From the NCBI GenBank assembly GCA_965238075.1, contig OZ250173.1:192001-256000 (forward strand): DNA of 64,000 nucleotides. The letters are read 5' to 3'. The translations under genes and the position numbers were made by a program. Position 1 is the first letter of the stretch. Every line of letters starts with the position of its first letter. The notes beneath the pieces are model-generated. The model was not told the origin of the DNA. It saw only the letters and a list, made by a program, of their open reading frames with translations, and did no database searches. The stretch is from Candidatus Entotheonellaceae bacterium. Lineage in GTDB: Bacteria > Tectomicrobia > Entotheonellia > Entotheonellales > Entotheonellaceae. Shown piece after piece: positions 53,014-64,000 of this stretch.

Positions 53014-53985
53014 ATGGCCCGTCAAGAAGCGCTACATCCTGGGCACCCGCTCGACATCAGCCCTGCTCTTCCTGCCGCCGCGGCTGCCAGCGGTCCCAGA
53101 CCCGCTGCCGCCGAGCGCTGGCTGATCTGGCTGTTCTTATTGCCTACCGTGTTGTTCCTCGTCTTATTGTTGTGGCTGCCGTTCCTGCAGGGCGTGTGGA
53201 TCAGTTTCCACAAATGGCCGTTCATCGGTGAGCCGCAATGGGTCGGCCTGCAGAACTACCGCGACCTGTTCGGCGCGGCGTATTTCTGGACCACGATGCG
53301 CGTCACCCTATTGTACTCGCTGAGCACCGCCCTGCAATTGGCCCTGGCCCTCGCCGCCGCCCTGGCGCTGAACCAATCGTTCATCCCCCTGAAATCCGTG
53401 TGGCGCGGCGTCATGCTGATGCCTTATGCCATGCCGCCGGTGGTCGTCGGCGCGATCTGGATGTACCTGCTCGACCCCGACCTCGGCATGGTGACGCACT
53501 ATCTGCTGAGCTGGGGCATCATCTCTGAGCGGATTTACTGGTTCTCCGATCCGGTGTGGGCCAAGTGGATCATCATGCTGGTGGCGTCGTGGACCTTCTG
53601 GCCATTCATGTTCATCATCCTGCTGGCGGCCCTGCAGGCCATACCCCAGGGCTACTACGAGCTCGCGGAGGTTTACGGCGCCAATCTGTGGCGGCGCTTC
53701 CGGATGGTGACCCTGCCGCATATTCGCGGCGCCATGCTTGCCGCGGTGATCATCCGCATTGCCTGGAATCTGGCGAAGATCGAGCAGCCCTTCCAACTGA
53801 CCGGCGGCGGACCCGGCTACGAAACCAGCGTCCTCAGCATCCTGACCTACCGGTTCGCCTATCTGTCGGGTGATTTCGGCATGGCGTTCACCGTCGGGCT
53901 GCTCCTCATCCTGGTCACCTTCGTGCTCATCGCGCCGTTTTTGCACGGCTTTCAGAAGCAGATCAAGCAGGCACGGAGGCGCTGA
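53014..53985 (+). CDS. Carbohydrate ABC transporter permease 1
   Basis: WVGLQNY, LQAIPQGYYELAEVYGA..WRRFRMVTLP, LTGGGP. Confidence 0.93.
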   Translation: MARQEALHPGHPLDISPALPAAAAASGPRPAAAERWLIWLFLLPTVLFLVLLLWLPFLQGVWISFHKWPFIGEPQWVGLQNYRDLFGAAYFWTTMRVTLLYSLSTALQLALALAAALALNQSFIPLKSVWRGVMLMPYAMPPVVVGAIWMYLLDPDLGMVTHYLLSWGIISERIYWFSDPVWAKWIIMLVASWTFWPFMFIILLAALQAIPQGYYELAEVYGANLWRRFRMVTLPHIRGAMLAAVIIRIAWNLAKIEQPFQLTGGGPGYETSVLSILTYRFAYLSGDFGMAFTVGLLLILVTFVLIAPFLHGFQKQIKQARRR

Positions 53986-53993
53986 ACAGCCCT

Positions 53994-54830
53994 ATGGCCA
54001 TGCACACGCAGCGTGCGACCCTCACACAGAAAGTTTTGAGCTACAGCGGTCTCGCCGTGGTTTTGCTGATCGTCCTGATCCCATACGGCTACATCGCCCT
54101 TACCGCCTTCAAGCCGGCCGAGGAAATCTTCGACGTGCGCTGGCTGCCCAGGGTGTGGAGCCTGGACGCCTGGCGCTATGCCATCGAATTCGAGCAGTTC
54201 CACCTATACATCTACAACAGCATGATTGCCGGGCTGGGCGCCGCGATGCTGGCGCTGTGCGTCGCCGTGCCGGGCGCCTACGTCTTCGGGCGCAAGCAGT
54301 TCCGCGGCAAGGACGTGATGTTCTACATCATCGTCATGGCGCTGTTGTTTCCCTTCGTGCTACTCGTCGTACCCTTCACCATCCTGTGGGTCAGGATCGG
54401 GCTGTACGACACCATGCCGGGGCTGTGGCTGGCGTACCAGGTGTTCATCATCCCCTTCGCCATCTGGATTCTGCGCGCCTATTTCGCCGAGTTGCCGCCG
54501 TTCCTCGAAGAGTGCGCCATGGTTTACGGCTGCACGGCGTTCAAGGCGTTCTGGCGCGTCATGCTGCCGCTGGCCAAGCCGATCATCACCTCGCTAATGT
54601 TTCTCGCCTTTCTGGTCGGCTGGAACGATTTTCTGTTCTCCAACATGTTAACCACGGGTGAGGGGCCGCGTACAGCATCGGTCATCATCTACGTTTCGGC
54701 CGTGGGCGGCGAGCGCGTGGAGTGGGACGTGCTGATGGTCATGACGCTGATGGCCGGTATCCCGCCGGTGCTGCTGTATATCTTGGCGCAGGGGCAATTC
54801 TTGAAGACATTCGCCGTTCGCAGCTACTAA
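53994..54830 (+). CDS. Carbohydrate ABC transporter permease 2
   Basis: PFAIWILRAYF..LP..LEECAMVYGC EAA-like motif, WNDFLF. Confidence 0.93.
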   Translation: MAMHTQRATLTQKVLSYSGLAVVLLIVLIPYGYIALTAFKPAEEIFDVRWLPRVWSLDAWRYAIEFEQFHLYIYNSMIAGLGAAMLALCVAVPGAYVFGRKQFRGKDVMFYIIVMALLFPFVLLVVPFTILWVRIGLYDTMPGLWLAYQVFIIPFAIWILRAYFAELPPFLEECAMVYGCTAFKAFWRVMLPLAKPIITSLMFLAFLVGWNDFLFSNMLTTGEGPRTASVIIYVSAVGGERVEWDVLMVMTLMAGIPPVLLYILAQGQFLKTFAVRSY

Positions 54831-54844
54831 CCAGGGGGTACGGG

Positions 54845-55942
54845 GTGGCCGAAAACATCGGCATTCGAGTGCATAATCTCCGCAAGACCTTCCAACGTGG
54901 GCGTGTGCAGGCGTGCCGCAACGTCAACCTGCAGCTCGCCGAGGGCGCCCTGATGGTGCTGCTTGGCCCGTCCGGCTGCGGCAAGACCACGACGCTGCGC
55001 TGCATCGCCGGTCTGGAGCAGCCGGATAACGACGACGCCATCTGGGTGAAGGGGCGCAACATCACCCGGTTGCAGCCCAAGGACCGTAACCTGGCGTTCG
55101 TGTTCCAGGACACGGCGCTGTTTCCTCACCTGAGCATCCGGCGCAACATCTCTTTCGGCCTGGACATGCACAAGACATACGGACGCGCCGAGCGCCGGCG
55201 GCGGGTGAACGAGGTGGCCAAACTGTTGCACATCGAGGACCTTCTGGAACGCAAGCGGCACGAGGTGTCCGGCGGTCAGGCGCAGCGGGTGGCGCTGGGC
55301 AGGGCGATCGTCATGGAACCCGACGCCTTTTTGCTGGATGAGCCACTTGCCAACCTCGATGCCGCGCTGCGCGTGGAAATGCGCACGGAAATCAAACGCA
55401 TTCAGAAACGCCTCGGTATCACAACGATTTTCGTGACGCACGATCAGGAGGAGGCGTTGTCCCTTGGCGACGTCATTGCCGTTATGAAGGACGGCGAAGT
55501 TCAACAGGTTGGCACGTCGCACGAAATTTACCACTACCCGGTCAATTTCTTCGTCGCCACCTTTATTGGTTCGCCGCCGCTCAACTGCCTGCCATGCCAC
55601 GTGCAGACGGACAACGGCGCGCTCAACCTCGCCTCTCAGGCATTCCGGTTGCCTCTCGAAGCGGCCGACGGAACGGCGTCGTTGCGGGATCACGGGGAGA
55701 TCATGCTTGGTATCCGCCCCGAGTTGATCGCCCTCGCGCCCGAACGACCGGACACGGTGGCGGCGCGGGTTTCCCTCATCGAGCCCTTGGGCAGTCGCAC
55801 CATTGTTATTGTGGAAGCCGAAGGCGTGGAATTGCGGGCGTTGGTGCAAGGAGAAACGAGCGTGCGCGAGGGCGAAGCGGTGCATCTGCGGCTGGACCTG
55901 GGACGGGCGTTTTTCTTCGACCGCGCCGGCAACAGATTATGA
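54845..55942 (+). CDS. ABC transporter ATP-binding protein (MalK-like)
   Basis: GPSGCGKTT, VSGGQAQR, LLDEPLANLD, VTHDQEEA, C-terminal TOBE; GTG start 54845. Confidence 0.95.
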   Translation: MAENIGIRVHNLRKTFQRGRVQACRNVNLQLAEGALMVLLGPSGCGKTTTLRCIAGLEQPDNDDAIWVKGRNITRLQPKDRNLAFVFQDTALFPHLSIRRNISFGLDMHKTYGRAERRRRVNEVAKLLHIEDLLERKRHEVSGGQAQRVALGRAIVMEPDAFLLDEPLANLDAALRVEMRTEIKRIQKRLGITTIFVTHDQEEALSLGDVIAVMKDGEVQQVGTSHEIYHYPVNFFVATFIGSPPLNCLPCHVQTDNGALNLASQAFRLPLEAADGTASLRDHGEIMLGIRPELIALAPERPDTVAARVSLIEPLGSRTIVIVEAEGVELRALVQGETSVREGEAVHLRLDLGRAFFFDRAGNRL

Positions 55943-55981
55943 GCCCGCGGTGAAATAGCGGTGAAATAGAGGAATCGTCAG

Positions 55982-56911
55982 GTGCATTTTGCCGACCGCC
56001 TCTGCGCGGCCATCGATGCCAAAGGCAGCGCCGTCGTGGTGGGGCTCGACCCACGCCCGGAGAGCCTGCCGCCGCACCTGCTGGCCGCCTGCCGCGCCGA
56101 ATTGGCTGACAACGCCGAGGCCGTGGCGGAGGCATTATGGCATTTCAACCGGGGCATCATCGACGCGGTGCACGATGTCGTTCCGGCGGTCAAACCGCAG
56201 CTCGCCTTCTACGAGCGTTACGGTGTTACCGGCCTTGAGGCTTACGCCCGCACGGCGCAATATGCCAAAGAAGCAGGGCTGCTGGTTATCGCCGACGGCA
56301 AGCGTAACGACATCGGCTCCACAGCGAGCGCCTATGCGGAGGCGTTTCTGGGCGCTCCTGGCGATTTCACCGCCGATGCCCTCACCGTCAACCCGTTTCT
56401 CGGACGCGACGGCATCCAGCCATTTGTTGACTGCGCCCAGCAGCATGACCGCGGCGTGTTCGTGCTGGTCAAAACGTCCAATCCGTCCGCCGGTGACTTA
56501 CAGGATATGCAGGTTGACGGGCGACCGTTATACGAGCACCTCGGCCGCTTGGTGGAATGCTGGGGCGAAAGCAGCCGCGGGCAGAGCGGCTATTCGAGTG
56601 TCGGTGCCGTCGTGGGCGCCACTTGGCCTGAGCAGACGGCCCGCTTGCGTTCACTCATGCAGCACACCTTGTTTCTGGTACCCGGCTACGGCACCCAGGG
56701 CGCTACCGCGGCTGACGTAGCGTGTTGCTTCGACGCCCGCGGACACGGCGCCCTGATCAACGCCTCACGCAGCATCATCTTCGCTTGGCGTACTGAACGC
56801 TATGCGGGCCGTTATAGCGAGGCGGACTATGGGGCGGCGGCACGCGAGGCTGCACAGCGTATGGGTGACGAGATCCGCAAGGCCCAGGGCCGGCTGTCCG
56901 GGGCGGGATGA
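55982..56911 (+). CDS. pyrF: Orotidine-5'-phosphate decarboxylase
   Basis: VGLDP, KPQLAFYE, DGKRNDIGST, VKTSNP, GAVVGAT, LVPGYGTQG, NASRSII. Confidence 0.96.
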   Translation: MHFADRLCAAIDAKGSAVVVGLDPRPESLPPHLLAACRAELADNAEAVAEALWHFNRGIIDAVHDVVPAVKPQLAFYERYGVTGLEAYARTAQYAKEAGLLVIADGKRNDIGSTASAYAEAFLGAPGDFTADALTVNPFLGRDGIQPFVDCAQQHDRGVFVLVKTSNPSAGDLQDMQVDGRPLYEHLGRLVECWGESSRGQSGYSSVGAVVGATWPEQTARLRSLMQHTLFLVPGYGTQGATAADVACCFDARGHGALINASRSIIFAWRTERYAGRYSEADYGAAAREAAQRMGDEIRKAQGRLSGAG

Positions 56912-56952
56912 TCGTGTGCCCCGCCGGATGATCCACGGAGAGGAGACACGCA

Positions 56953-58638
<1,686 letters not shown>

Positions 58639-58659
58639 GCGGCTTCCCGGACACGAGCG

Positions 58660-58890
58660 CCATCATACGATTTGCCCGCAGAACAGCCCTGTGGTCACCG
58701 GAAATTCCCGCGGCATCGGGCGCGCCATAGCCCTGCGGCTGGCGCGTGTTTGCGCGCAGGCCGATCTCGGGGAACCGGAGACGCCGCGGGTCATGTTCGA
58801 CAAGGTAAGTGAGACGTTCAACTGCTCTGACGACGCGGCCTGGATTTGCGGCCAGACGCTTATGGTGGACGGCGGGCTGCCTCGCCTCGC
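58660..58890 (+). pseudogene. Internally deleted SDR relic
   Basis: VTGNSRGIGRAIALRLAR, QADL and SDDAAWICGQTLMVDGG joined within ~70 codons. Confidence 0.75.
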
Positions 58891-58961
58891 CGCTCGATAC
58901 CGGCCAGCTTGCACTGTCGTAGGTATGACGCCAACCCCTACGTGAAAAAGGACGCGACCGC

Positions 58962-59936
58962 ATGGCGGTAGACCCGGGCAGCTTTAGCCCCTTTCCCCTG
59001 CTGCGCGGACCGCACCTGCAAACCATCGCCGCCGCCAAACTGCGCCTGTGGCGTCGCGAGCCGCCCGGAGAGGTTCAGGTGGTTACCCTGCCGGACGGCG
59101 ACCGCATCGCCTTGGTCGTTTCCACGCCGCCGCAATGGCGACCCGACGGCCCGAGCGTTCTGTTGTTGCACGGCCTGTGCGGGTGCCATCAATCCTCGTA
59201 CATGATGCGTCTGGCCCTCAAGCTGTGGCGGCGCGGCATCCGCGCCATTCGCATGAACATGCGAGGTTGCGGCGCCGGCGTGGGTCTTGCCCGACAGCCG
59301 TACCACAGCGGCCGCAGTCCCGACGTGTTGGCCGTGCTGGAAGCCTTACAGGGGCAGTCACCGCAATCGCTCGTGACCCTGCTGGGCTTTTCTCTGGGCG
59401 GCAACGTGATGCTGAAATTCGCCGGCGAACTGGGACGGCGGGCGGAAGCGCTTTGCACCCAAGTCATCGCCGCATGCCCGCCCGCCGACCTTGCAGCCTG
59501 CTCGCGCCTGCTCAGTCAGCCGTCCAACCGATGGTACGAGCGGTACTTCATGCGACGCTTGCTCGCCGCCGTAGCCGAGCGTCACCGCCTGTTCCCGGAC
59601 TTGGCCTCCGTCAACCTGCCCGAACGTTTGTCGCTCTACCGATTTGACAATCTTTATACCGCGCCGCAATGCGGCTTCGCCGACGCCGAGGATTACTATT
59701 CACGCAGCAGTGCCGCGTCTTGGGTGCCGCAGATCACCCTGCCGTGCCGTATCCTGTTCGCCGATGACGACCCGGTCATCGACGCCGCGGTTTTCGACCG
59801 CGCCGCCCTGCCCCCAAACGTGGAGGTCGTGCGCACGTCACGGGGCGGGCACATGGGGTTCCTGGGGCGCCCTGGGCGGCCCGGCGGCTATCGCTGGATG
59901 GATGCGTGTTTGCTGGATTGGATCGGCGCGGCGTGA
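58962..59936 (+). CDS. YheT-family alpha/beta hydrolase
   Basis: GPHLQTI, LHGLCG...SSYM, NMRGCG, YHSG, GFSLGGN, DDP, GGHMGF. Confidence 0.92.
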   Translation: MAVDPGSFSPFPLLRGPHLQTIAAAKLRLWRREPPGEVQVVTLPDGDRIALVVSTPPQWRPDGPSVLLLHGLCGCHQSSYMMRLALKLWRRGIRAIRMNMRGCGAGVGLARQPYHSGRSPDVLAVLEALQGQSPQSLVTLLGFSLGGNVMLKFAGELGRRAEALCTQVIAACPPADLAACSRLLSQPSNRWYERYFMRRLLAAVAERHRLFPDLASVNLPERLSLYRFDNLYTAPQCGFADAEDYYSRSSAASWVPQITLPCRILFADDDPVIDAAVFDRAALPPNVEVVRTSRGGHMGFLGRPGRPGGYRWMDACLLDWIGAA

Positions 59937-59942
59937 GGACGC

Positions 59943-60524
59943 CTATGTTTCTTCCTCGGTGAGCCAGCGCCGCGTCGGCGGCATTTGGTGCCGCTGCAGC
60001 GCATCAAGGAGCGTGAGGGGTTGTTGGGCGGTTACGAACAGGCCCCGGTATTTGGATTTGACGAAGCCTTCCGCAATCGTGTGATCGACGAACGATATCA
60101 ACGCATCGAAATAGCCCGCCACGTTCAGCAGGCCGATCGGTTTGCGGTGGATGCCGAGTTGCGCCCAAGCGATGACTTCGAACAATTCTTCAAGCGTGCC
60201 GTAGCCACCCGGCAAGGCGATAAAGGCGTCTGACAGCGACGCCATGAGGCCCTTGCGCTCATGCATGCTAGACACGACGTACAGCTTCGTCACCGTCTCG
60301 TGAGCCAGTTCCCGATCCGTCATCGGCTTGGGAATAACGCCGGTCACGGCGCCGCCCGCCCCCAGAGCGGCATCCGCGATAGTCCCCATCAGGCCGACGT
60401 GCCCGCCGCCGTACACCAAGCCGTGACCGCGTTGCGCCAGCAAGCTGCCCAGTTCGATGGCCGTTTGCCGGTAGCGGGCGTCGGTGCCGCTCTGCGAACC
60501 GCAAAACACGCAGATATTCCGCAT
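59943..60524 (-). CDS. LOG-family nucleotide phosphoribohydrolase (TIGR00730-like)
   Basis: [32 protein letters not shown]. Confidence 0.95.
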   Translation of the reverse strand: MRNICVFCGSQSGTDARYRQTAIELGSLLAQRGHGLVYGGGHVGLMGTIADAALGAGGAVTGVIPKPMTDRELAHETVTKLYVVSSMHERKGLMASLSDAFIALPGGYGTLEELFEVIAWAQLGIHRKPIGLLNVAGYFDALISFVDHTIAEGFVKSKYRGLFVTAQQPLTLLDALQRHQMPPTRRWLTEEET

Positions 60525-60545
60525 GTGTTTTGTACCTCTTTACCT

Positions 60546-61283
60546 TCAAGATGCGTCCAAGAGCGTTAGCAGATCTTGCCAGGACGTAATGACAGGCACC
60601 GATAAATCAGAGGGCGGTGTCATCAAAGCGGCAGCGTCCCGTTGCCGCTGGGCGTAGACCGTCTGCACCGGCCGCATGCCCGCCAGCAGGGAGCCCTGGA
60701 CGTCGGCCCGCGGGTCGTCCCCAACAAAAAGAATCGACGACGCCGGCACCTCCAGAGCGTCGATCAAACTCTGAAAAACCTGCGGATGCGGCTTACGGTA
60801 ACCCAGATCCCCGGAGACCAGCAGAACCTCGAAATACGACGACAGGCCCAGGTGGTCGAGGATCTGCCGCGCCGCCGGGCCGTGGGTCAGATTGGATAGC
60901 AAGCCGAGGCGGTAGCGCGGCTTGAGAGCGGCCAGCATGTCAGCGGTGCCGGGGAGCGGTCGGGCGTTATCGACAAATGCCGAGAAATACGCTTCCACGG
61001 CCTCGCCCACGCGCGGATCCTGCGGCGGAATATCGATGCCCATCTGTTGCAACGCGGTGCTGACCCACAAGCCATTATGGGTTTCCTCGCCCAGGCGCTC
61101 CGCCTCGCTGACGAATTGCCGGGCCACGTCGCGGTACACCGGCATGAAGTCATCGGCATGCACGGCAACCCCTTGCGCCTTCAGACTGTCGAGCAGCCGG
61201 TCGATGGATGAATAGCGGCTCGGCATGTCCACCGTGATGAGGGTGTTGAAGAGGTCGAAGGCCACTGCCCGAATGTTGTCCAT
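60546..61283 (-). CDS. HAD-family hydrolase
   Basis: AFDLFNTL, LLSN, RKPHP, FVGDD...DV.G; ATG 61283. Confidence 0.92.
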   Translation of the reverse strand: MDNIRAVAFDLFNTLITVDMPSRYSSIDRLLDSLKAQGVAVHADDFMPVYRDVARQFVSEAERLGEETHNGLWVSTALQQMGIDIPPQDPRVGEAVEAYFSAFVDNARPLPGTADMLAALKPRYRLGLLSNLTHGPAARQILDHLGLSSYFEVLLVSGDLGYRKPHPQVFQSLIDALEVPASSILFVGDDPRADVQGSLLAGMRPVQTVYAQRQRDAAALMTPPSDLSVPVITSWQDLLTLLDAS

Positions 61284-61489
61284 GGGCTCCCCAAATGATG
61301 CTTGTTCACATGCCGCTTTGTGCTTTCCGGCGGCTGCATCTTGCCATACAAAGGGACACCCCACAATTGCGCGGCGCCGTGCTTGCAGTGCCAAGGGCCA
61401 TCACGTAAAGTGTGCCGCTCGTAGGTCGAATCGTGTTTTGCCGGCACTTAACCCACGTAACCACAACGACCTGGGCGGGAGAGGACGAC

Positions 61490-62692
61490 ATGATCCATAC
61501 ACTATTCAAAACGCGACGGCAGGCCGTTGCAGCGTTGCTGGCGGTGGCGCTGCTGACTGTGCCGTCCCTTTCGGCAGATGAAGCGACGACCCTGAACGGC
61601 GATGCGGCAGCGCAGCACGAGCAAGCAGCGCTGGCGCGTATTGCCGATCCGCCGCTAGGTTTGCCGGAGGTGCCCGTCCCCGACGACAACCCGCCCACTG
61701 CCGCCAAGATCAGCCTCGGCCGCAAGCTGTTTTTCGACGAACGCCTATCCCATAGCGGCAAGCTGTCATGCGGCTCGTGCCACCTGCCCCATGAGGGCTT
61801 CACGATCAACGAGAGCGCCACGCCGGTCGGTCATGACGGCATGATCCTGCGGCGCAACGCCCCGACCCTGCTGAACGTCGCTTACCAGCGTTCGTTCTTC
61901 CGCGACGGACGGCAGAGCAGCCTCGAAAAACAGGCTCTTGAGCCTTTCACCGTGGAAGACGAATTGGCCAACCCGTCGCTGGATGTGGTGATCGACCGCA
62001 TCCGCCAGTTGCCCGATTATGCCGGCCTTTTCGAGGAAGCATTCGGCGAGGGTCCCAGCCCGCGAACCGTCGCGCATGCCATCTCTACCTACGAGCGCAC
62101 GTTGTTGGCCGCCGATTCCGCCTTTGACCGCTGGCGCTACGGCGGGCAGGAGAATGCCCTGGACGCCATTGCCAAACAAGGTTTCGACCTGTTCACTGGC
62201 AAGGCTGGCTGCGTCAACTGCCACGCCCTCGACGAAGGCGACGCCCTGTTCACCGACCACCTGTTCCACGATGACGGCATCGGCTGGATTCCGGCCCGAG
62301 ACATCGGCGCTGGACAACTGATAACGCGCCGGGGCATGCCCCTCTACACCGCGGTCCACGATCCCGACGCCGTTGCAACGCCTTCCGACATGGGCCGCAT
62401 GGAGGTCACCAAGGAATTTATCGACATGTTCCGGTACCGCACGCCTTCCCTGCGCAACATCGAGCTCACGGCGCCCTACATGCACAACGGCACCTTCGAG
62501 ACGCTTGAAGACATCGTCGCATACTACGGCGACGGCGGCTTCCGCCACTTCGGTATCGACCGCCTGGTGCGCGATCTGCGTCTGAACGATACGGAAAAGG
62601 CGGCGCTGGTGGCCTTCCTGAAAAGCCTGACGGCGGGAAACATTAAGGCGCTGATCGTCGAGGCGCAGAGTGAAGCGACGCCGGAGCCGTAA
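61490..62692 (+). CDS. Diheme cytochrome c peroxidase superfamily protein (MauG/BthA-like)
   Basis: Signal peptide, LGRKLFFD..LS, CGSCH, RNAPT, CVNCH, TPSLRN..TAPYMHNG. Confidence 0.92.
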   Translation: MIHTLFKTRRQAVAALLAVALLTVPSLSADEATTLNGDAAAQHEQAALARIADPPLGLPEVPVPDDNPPTAAKISLGRKLFFDERLSHSGKLSCGSCHLPHEGFTINESATPVGHDGMILRRNAPTLLNVAYQRSFFRDGRQSSLEKQALEPFTVEDELANPSLDVVIDRIRQLPDYAGLFEEAFGEGPSPRTVAHAISTYERTLLAADSAFDRWRYGGQENALDAIAKQGFDLFTGKAGCVNCHALDEGDALFTDHLFHDDGIGWIPARDIGAGQLITRRGMPLYTAVHDPDAVATPSDMGRMEVTKEFIDMFRYRTPSLRNIELTAPYMHNGTFETLEDIVAYYGDGGFRHFGIDRLVRDLRLNDTEKAALVAFLKSLTAGNIKALIVEAQSEATPEP

Positions 62693-62759
62693 CGGCGGTC
62701 GGTCGTGAGTGAGGAATGAGGCCTATGAAGGGGGTCACGGGCAGAACGGAAGCCCGCCC

Positions 62760-63086
62760 GTGACCTGAACCCGCGCCATGCAGCCTCACTTTACCAGGCT
62801 CTCGGAGCGGCTGAGGCTCGGCGTCTAGCTGAGCGGCTGGAGATTCACCGCACGCCCAAGCGCGACAGTTGGCTGAACACGGCGGGGCTAGAGATTGGGG
62901 TGGTTGCGCAGCAGTGCCTGGACCGTCCCATTCCGGGGCGCGAGGTCCTGCGGTGCGAAGTTGACGCTTGGCAGAACCGTCGCGACCAGAACACCGTTGG
63001 GGGCAGACCCGCGTTTCACGACCGCGGATGCGCACAATAGACTGAAGTCGCTATGCCGGAACAATACGATCGTGTTGGACTACTAG
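62760..63086 (+). mobile_element. IS630-family transposase remnant (3' part and right end)
   Basis: DLNPRHAASLYQALGAAEARRLAERLEIHRTPKRDSWLNTAGLEIG...QCLDRPIP and RFTTADAHNRLKSL in shifting frames; ends at GGACTACTAG. Confidence 0.82.
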
Positions 63087-63541
63087 GCACCGAAACGAAC
63101 TTCGGCTACCGGGTCGCTGTACTCGACACCTTTGGTGGACCAGAAGATGGTGGCAATTTCGTCCACGGCAGCGACCAGCGCTTTGGCGTTCTCCATGCTG
63201 ACGGTCTGCTTGCACTGGCCTGCGAGCTTGAGGGCGGCGTTGAATTTGCCGGCGATTTCGTTGGCGTCGACGCCGGGCCAGCCGTAGTCTGCCCAGAGGA
63301 TGCGAAGCTCGTGCTTGCAGAGTTCCGCGTGCTCTTCCTTGACCGTAACATAGCGCCCGAGAGTGTTGGCGGATGCGACGTCGCCCGTGTCTTCCAGCGA
63401 CTGGATGCGGAGGATCATCTTCTGCACGGTCTGTGCCGCAATTTTCGCGGAGATGGGATCGTAGATTCCACAGGGGATGTCACAGTGTGCGCTGGCTGTT
63501 CGGATGGAGAATAGACGCTCGACAGTCGATTTTACGCTCAT
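63083..63541 (-). CDS. sodN: Nickel superoxide dismutase
   Basis: Leader followed by Ni-hook HCDIPCGIYDP; KEEHAELCKHELRILWADY. Confidence 0.97.
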   Translation of the reverse strand: MSVKSTVERLFSIRTASAHCDIPCGIYDPISAKIAAQTVQKMILRIQSLEDTGDVASANTLGRYVTVKEEHAELCKHELRILWADYGWPGVDANEIAGKFNAALKLAGQCKQTVSMENAKALVAAVDEIATIFWSTKGVEYSDPVAEVRFGA

Positions 63542-63667
63542 TTGAACCTTCCTTTCGGGGAGTTGGAAACTTGGTGAGGGGATACAATAAACGCCATTTT
63601 TGTGCAGTGCAAGGGGTTGCCGCTTCTAGCGGCTCTCTGCACGGGGTCGATGAAGGGGTGGTTTGGC

Positions 63668-64000
63668 ATGTCTGCCAGATTTCTGTTGTACAGGGTACGA
63701 GGTCAGAGCATGGCGCCAACACTGCGTCAGGGGGACTATGTACTGGTAAGCGCATGCGAAGACCTAGCGCGAGCGCCGAAGCGGGGCGATATCGTTGTTG
63801 TCGCAACGGACGAGGGAAGGTACGTGAAGCGCGTCGTAGGATTGCCTGGTGAGCGCGTGGAATTCACGGAGGGCATGTTGCTTGTTGACGGCGACAGACT
63901 TACAGAGTCTTACCTGCGCGGGCTGCCGCCGTATCTGGGCTTGGACGACTCCGAATTTTCGCTCGCGGTGGACGAGTATTTCGTTATGGGCGACAACCGG
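63668..64000 (+). CDS. sodX: S26 signal-peptidase-like NiSOD maturation protease, partial
   Basis: Hand translation MSARFLLYRVRGQSMAPTLRQGDYVLV...RGDIVV...YVKRVVGLPGE...YFVMGDNR; divergent from sodN. Confidence 0.8.
   Translation, partial: MSARFLLYRVRGQSMAPTLRQGDYVLVSACEDLARAPKRGDIVVVATDEGRYVKRVVGLPGERVEFTEGMLLVDGDRLTESYLRGLPPYLGLDDSEFSLAVDEYFVMGDNR

Overview
GC-rich bacterial chromosomal window of about 55 genes, mostly metabolic and transport functions: SDR, H+-PPase, RND efflux pair, acetoacetate-CoA ligase, cyclases, hydrolases, LLM oxidoreductase, CoA transferase, P450, carbohydrate-type ABC operon, pyrF, hflX, LOG, diheme peroxidase and sodN/sodX. Gene content (Ros/MucR regulator, Tat-exported binding proteins, NHL-repeat and TbpB-like proteins, PQQ dehydrogenase, NiSOD) suggests a marine, possibly sponge-associated lineage such as Ca. 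Tectomicrobia; this is inference only. I found no rRNA, tRNA or CRISPR array. Main points: (1) a four-gene MotA/ExbB-type motor-like module with an ExbD-like Asp-bearing partner and two paralogous small membrane proteins, no TonB/TolA, divergent from a TPR / atypical PQQ dehydrogenase / cytochrome c cluster; (2) a DUF318-type metal permease fused to an HflK-like SPFH domain, followed by separate hflC and hflK; (3) a hicAB cassette bracketed by a ~160-bp degenerate direct repeat that includes the 3' end of the neighbouring cyclase gene; (4) a malate synthase broken by an exact 32-bp tandem duplication; (5) a probable ATC start codon for hflX; (6) a solo Cas4-like nuclease, an orphan DNA methyltransferase with NPPT instead of NPPY, and IS5, IS630 and SDR relics. 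Several single-base frameshifts could be sequencing errors. All family calls rest on motif recognition; no searches were run.
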